DNA from: Planctomycetota bacterium | GTDB taxonomy: Bacteria; Planctomycetota; GCA-002687715; CAIWVZ01 | Direction: 5' to 3' | DNA length: 64,000 nucleotides | NCBI GenBank assembly: GCA_044222185.1 | Contig: JBGANV010000007.1 | Span: forward strand, 64,001-128,000 | Shown: positions 18,984 to 29,294 of the stretch, one piece after another | Numbering within the stretch: the first letter of the stretch is position 1 | How the letters are laid out: the number at the start of each line of letters is the position of its first letter | Program-made: the position numbers and the translations under genes | The notes under the pieces: generated by a model | What the model was told of the DNA's origin: nothing | Databases searched by the model: none | The model's input: only the letters and a program-made list of their open reading frames with translations

Positions 18984-20516
18984 ATGGAAATGATCGACTG
19001 GGTCGTGCTCTTCGGATACGCAGCGATGATCATCGCGATCGGGCTGCGCGCATCGCGGGGAGTCACGACGGCTGAGGGCCACCTCCGCGCCAACCGGAGC
19101 CTGCCGGCGTGGGCCGTGGTCTTCTCCGTGCTCGCCACAGAGATCTCGGCCGCCACCTACATCGGCGTCCCTGAGACGGGCTTCAAGTCCAACTGGAATT
19201 ACATGCAGTTCGCCATTGGCGCGCTGCTGGGCAAGGCCGTGCTTTCCAAGTGGTTCATCCGGCTGTATTGGCGGTTGAACTTGACCACGGTCTACGGGCT
19301 GCTGGGTCAGAGGATCGGGCCCGGAATACAGAAGGCGTCAGCTTGGGCCTTCCTCGCGGGGCGACTGGTTGCTTCGGGCGTACGGCTCTTCATCGCGGCC
19401 CTCGCATTCAACGTCGTGACGGGAATCGACCTGACCGTCGCCATCGTCTGTGTCGCAGCGATCGCCACGCTCTACACATTCATCGGCGGCCTCAAGGCCG
19501 TCGTCTGGACGGACGTCTGTCAGGGAATCGTGTTCTCGATCGGTGCGGCGACAGCCATCGGTGTCGGTCTTTGGAAGTTGAACACGCCGATAGGCGATCT
19601 CGTGCGCGCCGCGTCGGAAGCCGGCAAATTCCAGTTCATCACGTTCGACTCCGGCGAAGCGAGCTGGCTGACATCGTTGAAGCCACTTCCCGTCGCCATC
19701 CTCGGTGGGTTCTTCCTCGTCTTGGCGACTCACGGGACGGATCAGGAGAACGTTCAGCAACTGCTCGGAACGAAGAGTGAGAAGGCGTCGGGCCGCAGCA
19801 TCCTGGCGTCGGGGCTCGTGACGTTCCCCATCGTGGCGCTGTTCCTCTCCGTCGGGACGATGTTGTGGGCCTTCCACCGCAAGTTCCCGCCGACGGCCTA
19901 TTCCGCCTCCGACACCGCGCGGATCTTCCCCAACTTCATCTATCACGAGTTGCCCATGGGGATACGCGGCGTGGTCTTCGCCGGGCTCTTCGCGGCCGCG
20001 ATCTCGAGCCTCGGCGCCACCGTCAACGCGGCGACGACGGCCTGGATGAGCGACGTCAATCCCAAGTCCGAGGCCGAATCCGCCAAGTTCCGGCGGATCC
20101 GCCTCCTGACCTGCGTGTTCGGGGCGCTTCTCGCGCTCATCGCATTGTTCTTCGCGTGGTACGCCAAGGACTCACGCGATGACCTCGTGCAGATCGCCCT
20201 CGGTGCGATGACGATCCTCTATGGCGGAATCCTGGGCGTCTTCCTTTCGGCGCTCCTCTTCCGCACGCGCGGCAGCGACGCGTCGACGCTTGCCGGACTC
20301 TGTGCCGGCGTCGCCTGCGGAGCGCTCCTCTTCTTCCACCGCCAGATACTCAACGGCGTCGGACCGAAGTTCCTCCCGTCGTTCCAGGAGCTGAAGGATC
20401 CGCTGCTGGTCTGGCCCTATTTCATTCCGATCTCGGCGACCGTCACGCTCGCCGTCGCCGCACTGGGAACGCGTAACCCCTCGATCGGCCAGGAGCCCCC
20501 ACGTGTCGCAGCTTGA
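18984..20516 (+). CDS. sodium:solute symporter family transporter
   Basis: About 13 TM segments, with SVLATEISAATYIGVP, GGLKAVVWTD, HGTDQENVQ and AAAISSL. Confidence 0.9.
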   Translation: MEMIDWVVLFGYAAMIIAIGLRASRGVTTAEGHLRANRSLPAWAVVFSVLATEISAATYIGVPETGFKSNWNYMQFAIGALLGKAVLSKWFIRLYWRLNLTTVYGLLGQRIGPGIQKASAWAFLAGRLVASGVRLFIAALAFNVVTGIDLTVAIVCVAAIATLYTFIGGLKAVVWTDVCQGIVFSIGAATAIGVGLWKLNTPIGDLVRAASEAGKFQFITFDSGEASWLTSLKPLPVAILGGFFLVLATHGTDQENVQQLLGTKSEKASGRSILASGLVTFPIVALFLSVGTMLWAFHRKFPPTAYSASDTARIFPNFIYHELPMGIRGVVFAGLFAAAISSLGATVNAATTAWMSDVNPKSEAESAKFRRIRLLTCVFGALLALIALFFAWYAKDSRDDLVQIALGAMTILYGGILGVFLSALLFRTRGSDASTLAGLCAGVACGALLFFHRQILNGVGPKFLPSFQELKDPLLVWPYFIPISATVTLAVAALGTRNPSIGQEPPRVAA

Positions 20517-22059
20517 TCTCGTCGCGCTTGCCGGTCGTCGGATCTGGCTCGGCATCCCAGGACTCACGCTCGACGACGCGACCAAGCGCGTCCTCGACGA
20601 CGTCCGCCCGGGCGGTGTCGTGCTGTTCCGTCGCAACGTGCAGTCGATCGATCAGGTGACGGCGCTCTGTCGTGCGTTGAAGGCGCAGCTCGGCCCGCAG
20701 CTTCTGATCTCCGTCGATCAGGAGCATGGCCTCGTTCTTCGCCTCGATCGCGAACTCACGGTGTTCCCCGGCAACATGGCGCTCGGTGCCGCCGGCGTCC
20801 GGGAGCCCTCGCTTGCCGAGCACCTCGCGCAAGAACAGGGCAGGCGCTCGGCTGCCGAACTGCGGGCCGTCGGCATCGACATCAACCTCGCGCCGGTTTG
20901 CGATCTCGCGACCCGAGGTGACAACCCGGGGTTGGGAGTCCGGTCCGTCTCCGGGTTCGCCACGCTCGCATCGAGAGTGGTGGCCGCGATCGTGCGCGGC
21001 CAGAGCGAAGGCGGAGTGTTGTCGACCCTGAAGCATTTCCCCGGCCTCGGCGACGCCGCGATCGACTCCCACCTGGATCTGCCTGCGGCCATCGCAGGCG
21101 ACCTCGACGTCGTCCTGGCACCCTTCGTCGCAGGAATCGCCGCGGGAGCCGAGATCGCGATGACGACCCACGTCTACTTCCGCGACCTGGACGACGGCGT
21201 GCCGGCCACGTTCTCGCGCGTCATCGCTCGCGACCTCCTGCGAGGGCGGCTCGGGTTCCGTGGAGCGCTCATGACCGACGATCTGGAAATGGGCGCGATG
21301 ACTCGGCGCTTCGGGTACGACGAAGTGATCCGGCGGGCGTGCGCCGCGGGCCACGACGTGCTCTCCATCTGCCATGACGCGGAGAAGCAGCGTCGTGCGC
21401 ACGAGCTGCTTCGTCAGGCGTACGCCGCCGGTGAAGCGTGGGCCGGTGATCCCGTGGAGACGACAGAGCACCTGGATGCGTTGCGCGTGCCCGCGACCGC
21501 GCCGGTTCCTGACCGCCGCGCCGCGGCCGATCTCGCGCGCGCGATCGCGGGGCGCGCCGTCACGGTCGTTCGCGACCCGTGCGGCCTCATCCCTCTCGAC
21601 GCCACGCAGCCCGTCTACTTCGTCGGCACGATCGTGCGAGGCGAGACCCAGGCCGAGGATCCGCTCCGGGGCGAACCCCTGGACGTACTCCTCGGCGGGT
21701 TGCCGGCCGGATCCAAGGTCGAGATCCTTCCGGCGCCGCCGACGCCGGCTGACCGGGCGCGCATCGTCGCGGCCGCGACCACCTTCGGGCGGGTCCTGAT
21801 CGGGACGACACTTGCCCGGTTCAACGCCCTCGAGCGCGATCTGGTGCTGGATCTCGCTGGGGCGCATCGCGGCGCCGTCGTACTTGCCCTCCGCAACCCC
21901 TTCGATCTGGACGTCGTCCCGGCGAATCTCCCCGCCGCGCTGGTGACGGCCTTCGGGTTCCGACCCGTCCATCAGGAAGCGCTTCTTTCCGTCCTGTTCG
22001 GCCGGGTTCAGCCCTACGGTCGCCTCCCGGTCGAGTCCAGGCCGATCCCGCGCGCTTGA
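20503..22059 (+). CDS. nagZ: beta-N-acetylhexosaminidase (GH3)
   Basis: GGVVLFRRN, SVDQEHG, NLAPVCD, the NagZ signature KHFPGLGxxxxDSH and MTDDLEM, plus a C-terminal second domain. Overlaps the SSS gene. Confidence 0.88.
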   Translation: MSQLDLVALAGRRIWLGIPGLTLDDATKRVLDDVRPGGVVLFRRNVQSIDQVTALCRALKAQLGPQLLISVDQEHGLVLRLDRELTVFPGNMALGAAGVREPSLAEHLAQEQGRRSAAELRAVGIDINLAPVCDLATRGDNPGLGVRSVSGFATLASRVVAAIVRGQSEGGVLSTLKHFPGLGDAAIDSHLDLPAAIAGDLDVVLAPFVAGIAAGAEIAMTTHVYFRDLDDGVPATFSRVIARDLLRGRLGFRGALMTDDLEMGAMTRRFGYDEVIRRACAAGHDVLSICHDAEKQRRAHELLRQAYAAGEAWAGDPVETTEHLDALRVPATAPVPDRRAAADLARAIAGRAVTVVRDPCGLIPLDATQPVYFVGTIVRGETQAEDPLRGEPLDVLLGGLPAGSKVEILPAPPTPADRARIVAAATTFGRVLIGTTLARFNALERDLVLDLAGAHRGAVVLALRNPFDLDVVPANLPAALVTAFGFRPVHQEALLSVLFGRVQPYGRLPVESRPIPRA

Positions 22060-22103
22060 TTCTCCGGAGGGTTGCCGCGCATCATCACGGCTCGGAGGCG
22101 AGA

Positions 22104-23381
22104 ATGACCATGCGAGTCGTGTCCCTGATCGCGTTCGTGTTGTTTGCGGGCGTGACCGTCGTCGCGCAAGAGAGCAAGCCCGCCACCGATCCCAACCTCT
22201 TCGTGGCCGGCACGGTCTACGACGGCCAGGGGAACGGCGTCAACCGCGCGAAGATCATCGTGAAGGTGAAGGCCCAGGGTGGCGGCGACAACGCATGGGA
22301 CGAGCTGGATTTCCACCAGGAGATCTACTCGGACTTCATCGGCCGCTTCGCCATCCACGCGCGCATGCCCAGCGATGAGTACGCGATCGTCGCCCAGAAG
22401 GAGGACTACACGTCGGACGACCTCGTGCCGTTCAAGGCCGGGGCCGCCAACGTCCGCGTCACGGTCTACGCCGCGGGAGCGCTCGGCGGGAACGTCCTCG
22501 TCGATCCCAGCGTCTTCCCGTCGTCGATCACGGTCGAGGTCCGACCCGACGTCCCGACGAACAAGCTCCCGACGGACGACCGAGACGAAGTGACCATCGG
22601 GCATCCCGGGAGCGACGGCAAGTTCAAGATCACGCCGCTGAAGGCGGGGAAGTACGAGGTCACCATCTACGTCGGCGATCGCGAGGTCCTCGCCCATGCC
22701 GTGCCCGTGAGCGTGCGAACGGGCGAGACTTGCGTCGACGTGCGACTGAAGGACCTCGACCTGCGGGCCAAGCTCCGCAACGTGCGCGTGACGGTCACGG
22801 ACACGAAGGGCGAGCCGATCAAGACGGCCAAGTGCATCGTCCTTCCTCCGTTCGGCACCCACACGACGTCCAACGAGGTCTTCACGGCATCCAATGGCGT
22901 GATTTCCGTGATGCTGAAGGCGCCGGGATGCACGTTGATGGTGGCGGCCGCCGGCTACGCGCCGATGAAGTTCAAGGATCCGAAGGCCGACCTCACGTTG
23001 AAGTTGAAGCCCGGCATCGGCGTCAGGCTGAAGCTCGGGAACGGCGTCAGGGTCCCGGGTGAGCCGAAGCGCGTCACGGCCGCGTTGCTCACGGACCAGG
23101 AGATGAAGGATCCCGAAACCGAGGCCCGCCGCGCGCTCGGCATCCAGACGAGCCCCGATCCTGCGACGTTCGACGAGAACGGCGAAACGACGGTGTGGGT
23201 GGCCGATCCCGGCCGCTACACGATCCTCATCACCGCCGGCATCAAGAAGGAGAAGGTGATCTCGGCTGTGACCGTCCCCCTGAAGGACGCCGAGATCTCC
23301 ATCAGCAAGGACGAACCGAAGCCGTTCGTCGTGGCACTCTCCGGCGACGCGCTCGCCGACGCGTTCAAGCGTCTCGAGTAG
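22104..23381 (+). CDS. secreted protein with carboxypeptidase-regulatory-like (beta-sandwich) repeats
   Basis: GGAGG RBS, a signal peptide ending VVAQ, and motifs GTVYDGQGNGV, DGKFKITPLKAGKYEV and VTVTDTKGEPI. Confidence 0.75.
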   Translation: MTMRVVSLIAFVLFAGVTVVAQESKPATDPNLFVAGTVYDGQGNGVNRAKIIVKVKAQGGGDNAWDELDFHQEIYSDFIGRFAIHARMPSDEYAIVAQKEDYTSDDLVPFKAGAANVRVTVYAAGALGGNVLVDPSVFPSSITVEVRPDVPTNKLPTDDRDEVTIGHPGSDGKFKITPLKAGKYEVTIYVGDREVLAHAVPVSVRTGETCVDVRLKDLDLRAKLRNVRVTVTDTKGEPIKTAKCIVLPPFGTHTTSNEVFTASNGVISVMLKAPGCTLMVAAAGYAPMKFKDPKADLTLKLKPGIGVRLKLGNGVRVPGEPKRVTAALLTDQEMKDPETEARRALGIQTSPDPATFDENGETTVWVADPGRYTILITAGIKKEKVISAVTVPLKDAEISISKDEPKPFVVALSGDALADAFKRLE

Positions 23382-23784
23382 CGGCCGCGCGGGCGGCGCC
23401 GATCAGCCCCACGAGCAGCAACGCGCCGCCGACGGGCACCAGCACGATCCCGAGGGACGGGTCGCCCTCCGTGTTCAGGATCCCGCCCAACAGGAACCCC
23501 AGCGGCATGAGCGCGGCACCGGCGACGATCCATCGCGCGATGCGCCCGCGTCGTCCCGCGTCGGCCGTGATTTTTTCGCCGAGCGCCGCGAACACGAGGC
23601 ACAAGAGCCCCAGCAGATTCCCGTGTGCGTGAGCGAGCGTCCACATCTCGCGGCGCATGGTGCTGCCGAGATAGACGGGGACTTTCATGGCGTGCAGGGC
23701 TTCGAGCGTGAGGCCGAGGGGCAGAAAGACGGCCAGGAGAACCCAGCCCGCAACGAGGACACGTCGAATCGATGGGTCTTTCAT
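23365..23784 (-). CDS. small membrane protein with HxH motif, coupled to multiheme cytochrome
   Basis: Its ATG overlaps the cytochrome stop codon (ATGA). It has about 4 TM segments and the motifs LEALH and WTLAHAHGNLLGLL. Confidence 0.75.
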   Translation of the reverse strand: MKDPSIRRVLVAGWVLLAVFLPLGLTLEALHAMKVPVYLGSTMRREMWTLAHAHGNLLGLLCLVFAALGEKITADAGRRGRIARWIVAGAALMPLGFLLGGILNTEGDPSLGIVLVPVGGALLLVGLIGAARAAATRDA

Positions 23785-25661
23785 TCGCCGATGGAGATGG
23801 GGTTCTGGCCCTGGAGGTTGGTGAGGTTCACGATTTGACGGAGGTCGACGCGGAAATCCTGGCCCACGAACGTGCCCGGGGCGGGACGCGCGAGGCGGCC
23901 GGGCGCCCGTTCGGCGATGGCGTCGAGCACCGAGAATACGGCCCGGCGGCGTGCCTCCGGTCCCTCCGTGTGGTCGATGCGTGAAAGGACGTCGCGCAGT
24001 CCGATGGGAACCCGCTCCTCCAGCGATTGGAGGCTGCGTTGAGCGATCCACCGGATGCTCGGGTATCCATCGCCCATGGTGATCGCGAGCCATGCGCGGA
24101 GCCCCGCGCCGAACGCCGGATCGAAGCTCGCGCCACTGCGCCCGAGTGCGGCCGCGTAGACCGCGCGCTGGACGGCGTCACCCGACAGGAGCGAGGCCGC
24201 AGCGTCTGGCAGAGCCGAGGGCGCGCGATCGCGTCGAGACGTCGGGAGCTCGTAGTGATTGCCCCAGAACGCATTCATCCGTTCGGCGACCCAGGTCAGC
24301 GGGCGGTCGAGGTGACACAGCGTGCATGCATGCGGGCGGCCCGCGTCGGCGTCGCGTTTGGGTTCGGGGGATTCGATGCGGTGGCTGCGGTGGATTTCGA
24401 CGATGCCATACACCATGCGCGGCATGTGGCACTCGACGCACGAGGAACCGCTGCTCTGTGGTGCGTGGTGCGTGTGGGCCGTGACGTCGGCCGCGTAGCG
24501 TTCGTGGCATTGCGTGCAGATCTGGTTTCCCGGCAGGTCCGGGCGCAGTTGCCCGTGAGGATCGCCAGCGTGCATGGCGTGACATGACTGGCAGGTCATG
24601 GGGCCGCGCAGGTAGCAGGGCGACGACGTCACGCCCTGGAACTCGTAGGCGGTGAGCCGCGGCGTTCCGTCGGGCCAGAATCGGACGCGGAACAGGTCCT
24701 GGTCCGATGATCCGCGCACGGGCGTCGACTGCGTGATGGGAGACACGTGATCCGTCAGCTTGTCGCCGGCGCGAAAGGTGGGCCCCGTCGTCATCCACGC
24801 CGAGATGCGCTCGATGGGTTCGGGGAGGCGCTGGCCGTGGCATTGGCCGCAGGACGACACGGCCCGTTCCTTGTCGAGGCGCGCCGGGTTCACGATCGTC
24901 GGGTCGACGGGCTTGGAGGCGTGCAAGGCGTATCGCGCCACGGGATCGCGTCGTGCGTCGGAGTGAGCGGCACCCGGCCCGTGGCACGCTTCACAGGCGA
25001 TGCCGAACTCGCCCACCCGGGAGTCGAACTTGTTTCCCGCAAGCCGCGAGGCGTCCGCGTAGTTGAGCATGCGCGGCTCGGGCCCCGTGTTGTGACAGAA
25101 GATGCAGTTCTCGTTCCACGTGGATTTGTGTCCGTCCCAATTCGGATCGTCGGGATGGAGGAAGACGGTGTTCAGGTGCAGCCAGCGCCGTGCGCCCCGG
25201 TGCCAGAGGATCGGCAGCCGAACGAAGGCATCCGTGTCGCCGCGGTGCTCGACCTCGAAGTACTGCTGGTAACGGCGTGAACCCACGAGCAGCGCGACCT
25301 CGGCCCGTCGCCGGCCGCCCTGGGCGGTCGGCAGGTCCATGAAGAAGCGATCACCCTCGCGGAACGGGCGGGCCTCCGCACCTTCGTACCGGACGGAACG
25401 TCCGTCGAAGATGCCTTGGATCGCGGCGGGCGAGGGACGCTGGGTCATCGTCGAATGGAACGTCGCGCGCCACGAGTCGAAGTGGTCGGGGTGACAGGCG
25501 CGGCAGGTGCTCGAACCCACGTAGCCGCCGTCGCGATGGATGAAACTCGCGGCGGCCTCGTGCGCGACGGGATCGTGCCCGAACCGCAGAGCTCCTGCGA
25601 CGAACAGGGGAGCCGCGACGAACGCGAGCACCGAGAGAGCTTTGACGTTGGCTGATGACAT
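23781..25661 (-). CDS. multiheme (8 x CXXCH) c-type cytochrome
   Basis: CRACH, CIFCH, CEACH, CGQCH, CQSCH, CTQCH, CVECH and CTLCH, with an N-terminal signal or anchor and a helical C-terminal tail. Confidence 0.9.
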   Translation of the reverse strand: MSSANVKALSVLAFVAAPLFVAGALRFGHDPVAHEAAASFIHRDGGYVGSSTCRACHPDHFDSWRATFHSTMTQRPSPAAIQGIFDGRSVRYEGAEARPFREGDRFFMDLPTAQGGRRRAEVALLVGSRRYQQYFEVEHRGDTDAFVRLPILWHRGARRWLHLNTVFLHPDDPNWDGHKSTWNENCIFCHNTGPEPRMLNYADASRLAGNKFDSRVGEFGIACEACHGPGAAHSDARRDPVARYALHASKPVDPTIVNPARLDKERAVSSCGQCHGQRLPEPIERISAWMTTGPTFRAGDKLTDHVSPITQSTPVRGSSDQDLFRVRFWPDGTPRLTAYEFQGVTSSPCYLRGPMTCQSCHAMHAGDPHGQLRPDLPGNQICTQCHERYAADVTAHTHHAPQSSGSSCVECHMPRMVYGIVEIHRSHRIESPEPKRDADAGRPHACTLCHLDRPLTWVAERMNAFWGNHYELPTSRRDRAPSALPDAAASLLSGDAVQRAVYAAALGRSGASFDPAFGAGLRAWLAITMGDGYPSIRWIAQRSLQSLEERVPIGLRDVLSRIDHTEGPEARRRAVFSVLDAIAERAPGRLARPAPGTFVGQDFRVDLRQIVNLTNLQGQNPISIGE

Positions 25662-25703
25662 CGTGTCGGCGCAGAGCGCGAGGTTCGTATCTTACGCGCC
25701 GCG

Positions 25704-27200
25704 ATGAGTGATGACCTCGGGATCGATGACCGGTTCGACGTCGCCGTCGTGGGCGCCGGGTTCGGGGGCATGGGTGCCGCGCTCGCATGTGCGGAGACGG
25801 GCCTCCGGGTCGTGATCTTCGAGGCGCTGAACTATCCCGGCGGATGCGCGGCCACCTTCGCGCGTGACGGGTATCGGTTCGAAGCGGGCGCCACGCTCTT
25901 CTCCGGACTCGGGGCCGATCAACTGTTCGGGCGGTGGATCACCCGGCACGGACTCCCGGTCACGGTCGATTGGATCGACCCCGTCGTCACGTTTCGAACG
26001 GAGGACCTCGAGCTCGAGATCGGCCGCGACCGGGACGCGTTCATCACGCGGCTCTGTGCACTCGATGGCGCTCCGGCGGTAGCCATCAGGAAGTTCTTCG
26101 CATGGCAGGCGCGACTCGCCGACGATTTGTGGGACGTCATCCTCGACCCGACGTCGCTCCCACCGTTCTCGCTGCGTGCGGTCATCCGGCATGCCCTCCA
26201 GGTGAGGAGGAACCTCTCGCTGACGCGCCTCGCGGGGCGATCGCTCGCCCAGATCCTCGATCGGTTCGGACTCGCCGGGTTCGTTCCCCTTCGCCGGTAC
26301 CTGGACGGCCTCTGCCAGATCACGGTCCAGTGCCCGGCGGCCGAGGCGGAGGCGCCGTTCGCGCTCGCGGTGATGGATTACTACTGGCGGGGCACGGGGC
26401 ACGTGCGAGGTGGGATCGGCGAACTGGCGCGCGGGCTGACGGATGCCATCGGCAGGCTTGGTGGAGTCGTGCGGATGCCCGATCGCGTCACGGGGATTCG
26501 ACCGCATGGCGACGGCTGGCGGGTCGAGGGACGTGGTCACGCGGTCGTCGCCCGAAACGTGATCGCGAACGTCCTGCCCGGCAGCCTCCTGAATCTCGCC
26601 CCCTCGGATGCGCTGGACCGACGTCGGCTCGACAGGCTCGATCGAGACGTGAGGCAGGGATGGGGCGCCGTCATGCTCTATCTCGTGGCGAAGGCACCCG
26701 CGGATGCGGCACGAGAGCCGCGCCATCTGGAACTCGTGGCGACCGCCGATGCCCCGTACACGGAGGGCAACCACGTGTTCGTGTCGATCAGCGGTGCGGA
26801 CGACGTCGGGCGGTGTCCGCCGGGATTCCGCACCCTGACGGTCTCGACGCACGCCCCGCTTCGGCCAGACGGCTCGACGGAGGCGGATTGGGCCGATGCA
26901 GTCGCGCGGATCCAGGCTCGCATGCGAGCGACGCTCGCGCTGCGAGCCCCGGAATGGGACGTGGGGATCGTTCACTCCATGACGGCGTCGCCCCGAACCT
27001 TCGAGCGGTTCACCGGCCGAGGGGGCGGTGCCGTTGGAGGGATTCCGAGGCGCGTGGGACTGCGGCAGTACCTGGCGCTGGGACCCGTGTCGGTGGCCAA
27101 GGGCTTGTGGCTCGTTGGCGACTCGACCTTTCTTGGTCAGAGCATCCTCGCCGCGGCGACGAGCGGCGTCCGCGTGGCCCACGCGCTCCGTCCGCGCTGA
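25704..27200 (+). CDS. phytoene desaturase-family FAD oxidoreductase (CrtD/CrtISO-like)
   Basis: DVAVVGAGFGG, PGGCAATFARDGYRFEAGAT, ASPRTFERFT and C-terminal GLWLVGDSTFLGQ. Confidence 0.85.
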   Translation: MSDDLGIDDRFDVAVVGAGFGGMGAALACAETGLRVVIFEALNYPGGCAATFARDGYRFEAGATLFSGLGADQLFGRWITRHGLPVTVDWIDPVVTFRTEDLELEIGRDRDAFITRLCALDGAPAVAIRKFFAWQARLADDLWDVILDPTSLPPFSLRAVIRHALQVRRNLSLTRLAGRSLAQILDRFGLAGFVPLRRYLDGLCQITVQCPAAEAEAPFALAVMDYYWRGTGHVRGGIGELARGLTDAIGRLGGVVRMPDRVTGIRPHGDGWRVEGRGHAVVARNVIANVLPGSLLNLAPSDALDRRRLDRLDRDVRQGWGAVMLYLVAKAPADAAREPRHLELVATADAPYTEGNHVFVSISGADDVGRCPPGFRTLTVSTHAPLRPDGSTEADWADAVARIQARMRATLALRAPEWDVGIVHSMTASPRTFERFTGRGGGAVGGIPRRVGLRQYLALGPVSVAKGLWLVGDSTFLGQSILAAATSGVRVAHALRPR

Positions 27201-27250
27201 GCGGTCCGTCCGCGCTCTGCTACCGTGGCGGCCCACGCAAGCAGAGCACC

Positions 27251-28531
27251 ATGCCCGACACCTTCACCACGACCATCACCGGGATCGGCGCTTCCGGCGA
27301 GGGAATCACGCGCCATGACGGCAAGGTCGTGTTCGTTCCGGGCGCGTTGCCTGGCGAGACCGTGCAGGTCGAGATCATCCGCCGTGGCGCGAGTTTCGAT
27401 CGCGCGCGACTCGCTGGCGTGACCGATCCCAGGGGCCGGCGCCCGACGCCGTGTGCGCACGATCACGCGGGTGGCTGCGGCGGATGCGGGCTCCTGCATG
27501 CGACCCGCGAGACACAGGCCTTGATCAAGGCCGGGATCGTTCGCGATGCACTGACGCGCATCGCGGGGATCGACGGTGCGCGGGTCAAGCCGACGCTCAC
27601 GCCGGGGCCCGAGTTCGGCTACCGCAATCACGCCCGGTTCGGCGTGAACGGCGATGGTCGCCTGACGTACGTCACGCGCGCCGACAGCGCGCCCTCGCGT
27701 GATCGCCCGTCCATCCCGATCGACGCATGCGCCGTGCTTCATCCCCAGCTCGACAAGCTGCGCGGAATGCTCGATGGGCGCGTCGCCGGCGCGAGCGAAG
27801 TCGAGCTGCGCATCGGAACGGCCACGGGCGAGAGCCTGGCGATCCTCCACGGCATGACGGCGCTCCCGAGGACGATCGCCGCCGAGCAATTCCCCGGAGC
27901 CCTCGCAGTCTCGCGCGGAGAGCAGGTGCTACCAGTCAAAGGGCTTCCGCAGACTCGTGAAGTCGTGCGCGGCGCGACGTTCCGCGTCTCTGCCAGATCG
28001 TTCTTCCAGGTGAATGCTGCGGGCGCCGAGTGCCTCGTCGACTGCGTGCGGGAGGCTGCCGCCGTTCCGAAGGGCGGTCGCGTGCTCGAACTGTTCGCCG
28101 GTGTCGGACTCTTCGCCGTGGCCGCGTTCGACTCCGACACCGAGGTCATCGCCGCGGAGATCGATCACTCGGCCGCCGGGGATTTTCGCGTCAACGCGGC
28201 GGGGCGCCCCCGCGTGAAGCTCCGCGAGCTGGACGTGGCCGAGCTGCTGCAGGACTTCCGATCCGGCGTCGATCGTTTCGATGCCGCGGTCATCGATCCG
28301 CCGCGGGCCGGTGTCGGTCCCGGGCCCCTCGGACGCCTCGCGCAGCTCCGGATCCCTCGGCTCGTGATGGTCTCGTGTGATCCGGGGAGCCTCGCCCGCG
28401 ACGTGAAGACTCTCGTCGCGAACGGCTACGAACTCGTCGAGGCGACTCCCGTGGATCAGTTCCCGGGCACGGCGCACGTCGAGACCGTCGCGCTGCTCGT
28501 GCCGAAGGGGCGCGCTTCCGACGCTCAGTAG
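27251..28531 (+). CDS. rlmD: 23S rRNA (uracil-C5)-methyltransferase with TRAM domain
   Basis: GEGI..VFVPGALPGE (TRAM), Cys cluster CAH..GGCGGC, SFFQVN, LELFAGVG, DPPRAG, VSCDP and DQFPGTAHVE. Confidence 0.88.
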   Translation: MPDTFTTTITGIGASGEGITRHDGKVVFVPGALPGETVQVEIIRRGASFDRARLAGVTDPRGRRPTPCAHDHAGGCGGCGLLHATRETQALIKAGIVRDALTRIAGIDGARVKPTLTPGPEFGYRNHARFGVNGDGRLTYVTRADSAPSRDRPSIPIDACAVLHPQLDKLRGMLDGRVAGASEVELRIGTATGESLAILHGMTALPRTIAAEQFPGALAVSRGEQVLPVKGLPQTREVVRGATFRVSARSFFQVNAAGAECLVDCVREAAAVPKGGRVLELFAGVGLFAVAAFDSDTEVIAAEIDHSAAGDFRVNAAGRPRVKLRELDVAELLQDFRSGVDRFDAAVIDPPRAGVGPGPLGRLAQLRIPRLVMVSCDPGSLARDVKTLVANGYELVEATPVDQFPGTAHVETVALLVPKGRASDAQ

Positions 28532-29238
28532 TCGAGCTTCATCGGAAGTCCGGAGAGCACGGACTTTCGCGCGAGCGACGTGAACACGTCGAGGCCGAAC
28601 CGTGCGGCCGTCTTCAGCGCCGTGCCTGCGTCCGGCAGATCCGCGGACGGCTTGCCGAGTTCGGCCGGCGCAGTCGAATAGGCCTCGGCACCGATCTGCT
28701 CCAGTTGGCGCAGCAACTCGTACGAGGACCCGAAATGGCACTCGTCGTTCGACGGCTCGATCGCCGCGAACACGAAGTCGAAGTCGACGGGAAGCCAGAT
28801 CTTCGGCATGAAGACCTGCTGGAAGCGGTTTTCGGCGAAGCCCGCAGCTTGGGCCTCCTTCCACACGGCATCCGTCGACCAGTCCTCGACGGCGGTCTCG
28901 GGCAGGTCCCGCCCGGGCGCATCCAGGTAGACGGAGAGCAGAAGCAGGCTGCCATAGCCGAGCCAGTTCGGCCGGTCGGTGAAGTACTCGCCCGAGTCGG
29001 ATTCGCTCCAGTTCAGCTCGACGGGGCTCACTTCGCCGAGCGCGACCTGAAGCGCGTCGCGCCACACGAGGACGGCGGAACGTACGGCATCCTCGGCAGG
29101 TGCGGGCTCGTCCTCCGTGTGGGCGGGGCGGGGTTTTCGCGACGTGAGCCCGGTCGAACGCGCCACCCGGTCCGCGACGTTGTCCCAGTCACCGCAGTAG
29201 TAGCGGGTGAACGCACCAACGTAGACGTCCAATGGCAT
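28525..29238 (-). CDS. hypothetical protein
   Basis: 237-aa acidic ORF (MPLDVYVGAFTRYYCGDW...GLPMKLDY) with a protein-like composition. Confidence 0.75.
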   Translation of the reverse strand: MPLDVYVGAFTRYYCGDWDNVADRVARSTGLTSRKPRPAHTEDEPAPAEDAVRSAVLVWRDALQVALGEVSPVELNWSESDSGEYFTDRPNWLGYGSLLLLSVYLDAPGRDLPETAVEDWSTDAVWKEAQAAGFAENRFQQVFMPKIWLPVDFDFVFAAIEPSNDECHFGSSYELLRQLEQIGAEAYSTAPAELGKPSADLPDAGTALKTAARFGLDVFTSLARKSVLSGLPMKLDY

Positions 29239-29294
29239 CGCGGCGCATCGTAGACGAATGCCGGGCCGTCGTCAGCCCAAAGAGCGGGGCGACG

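Noticed and set aside
25934-27250. Apparent 439-aa N-terminal extension of RlmD
   Set aside because: An alternative frame overlapping the desaturase gene. RlmD homology begins at ATG 27251.
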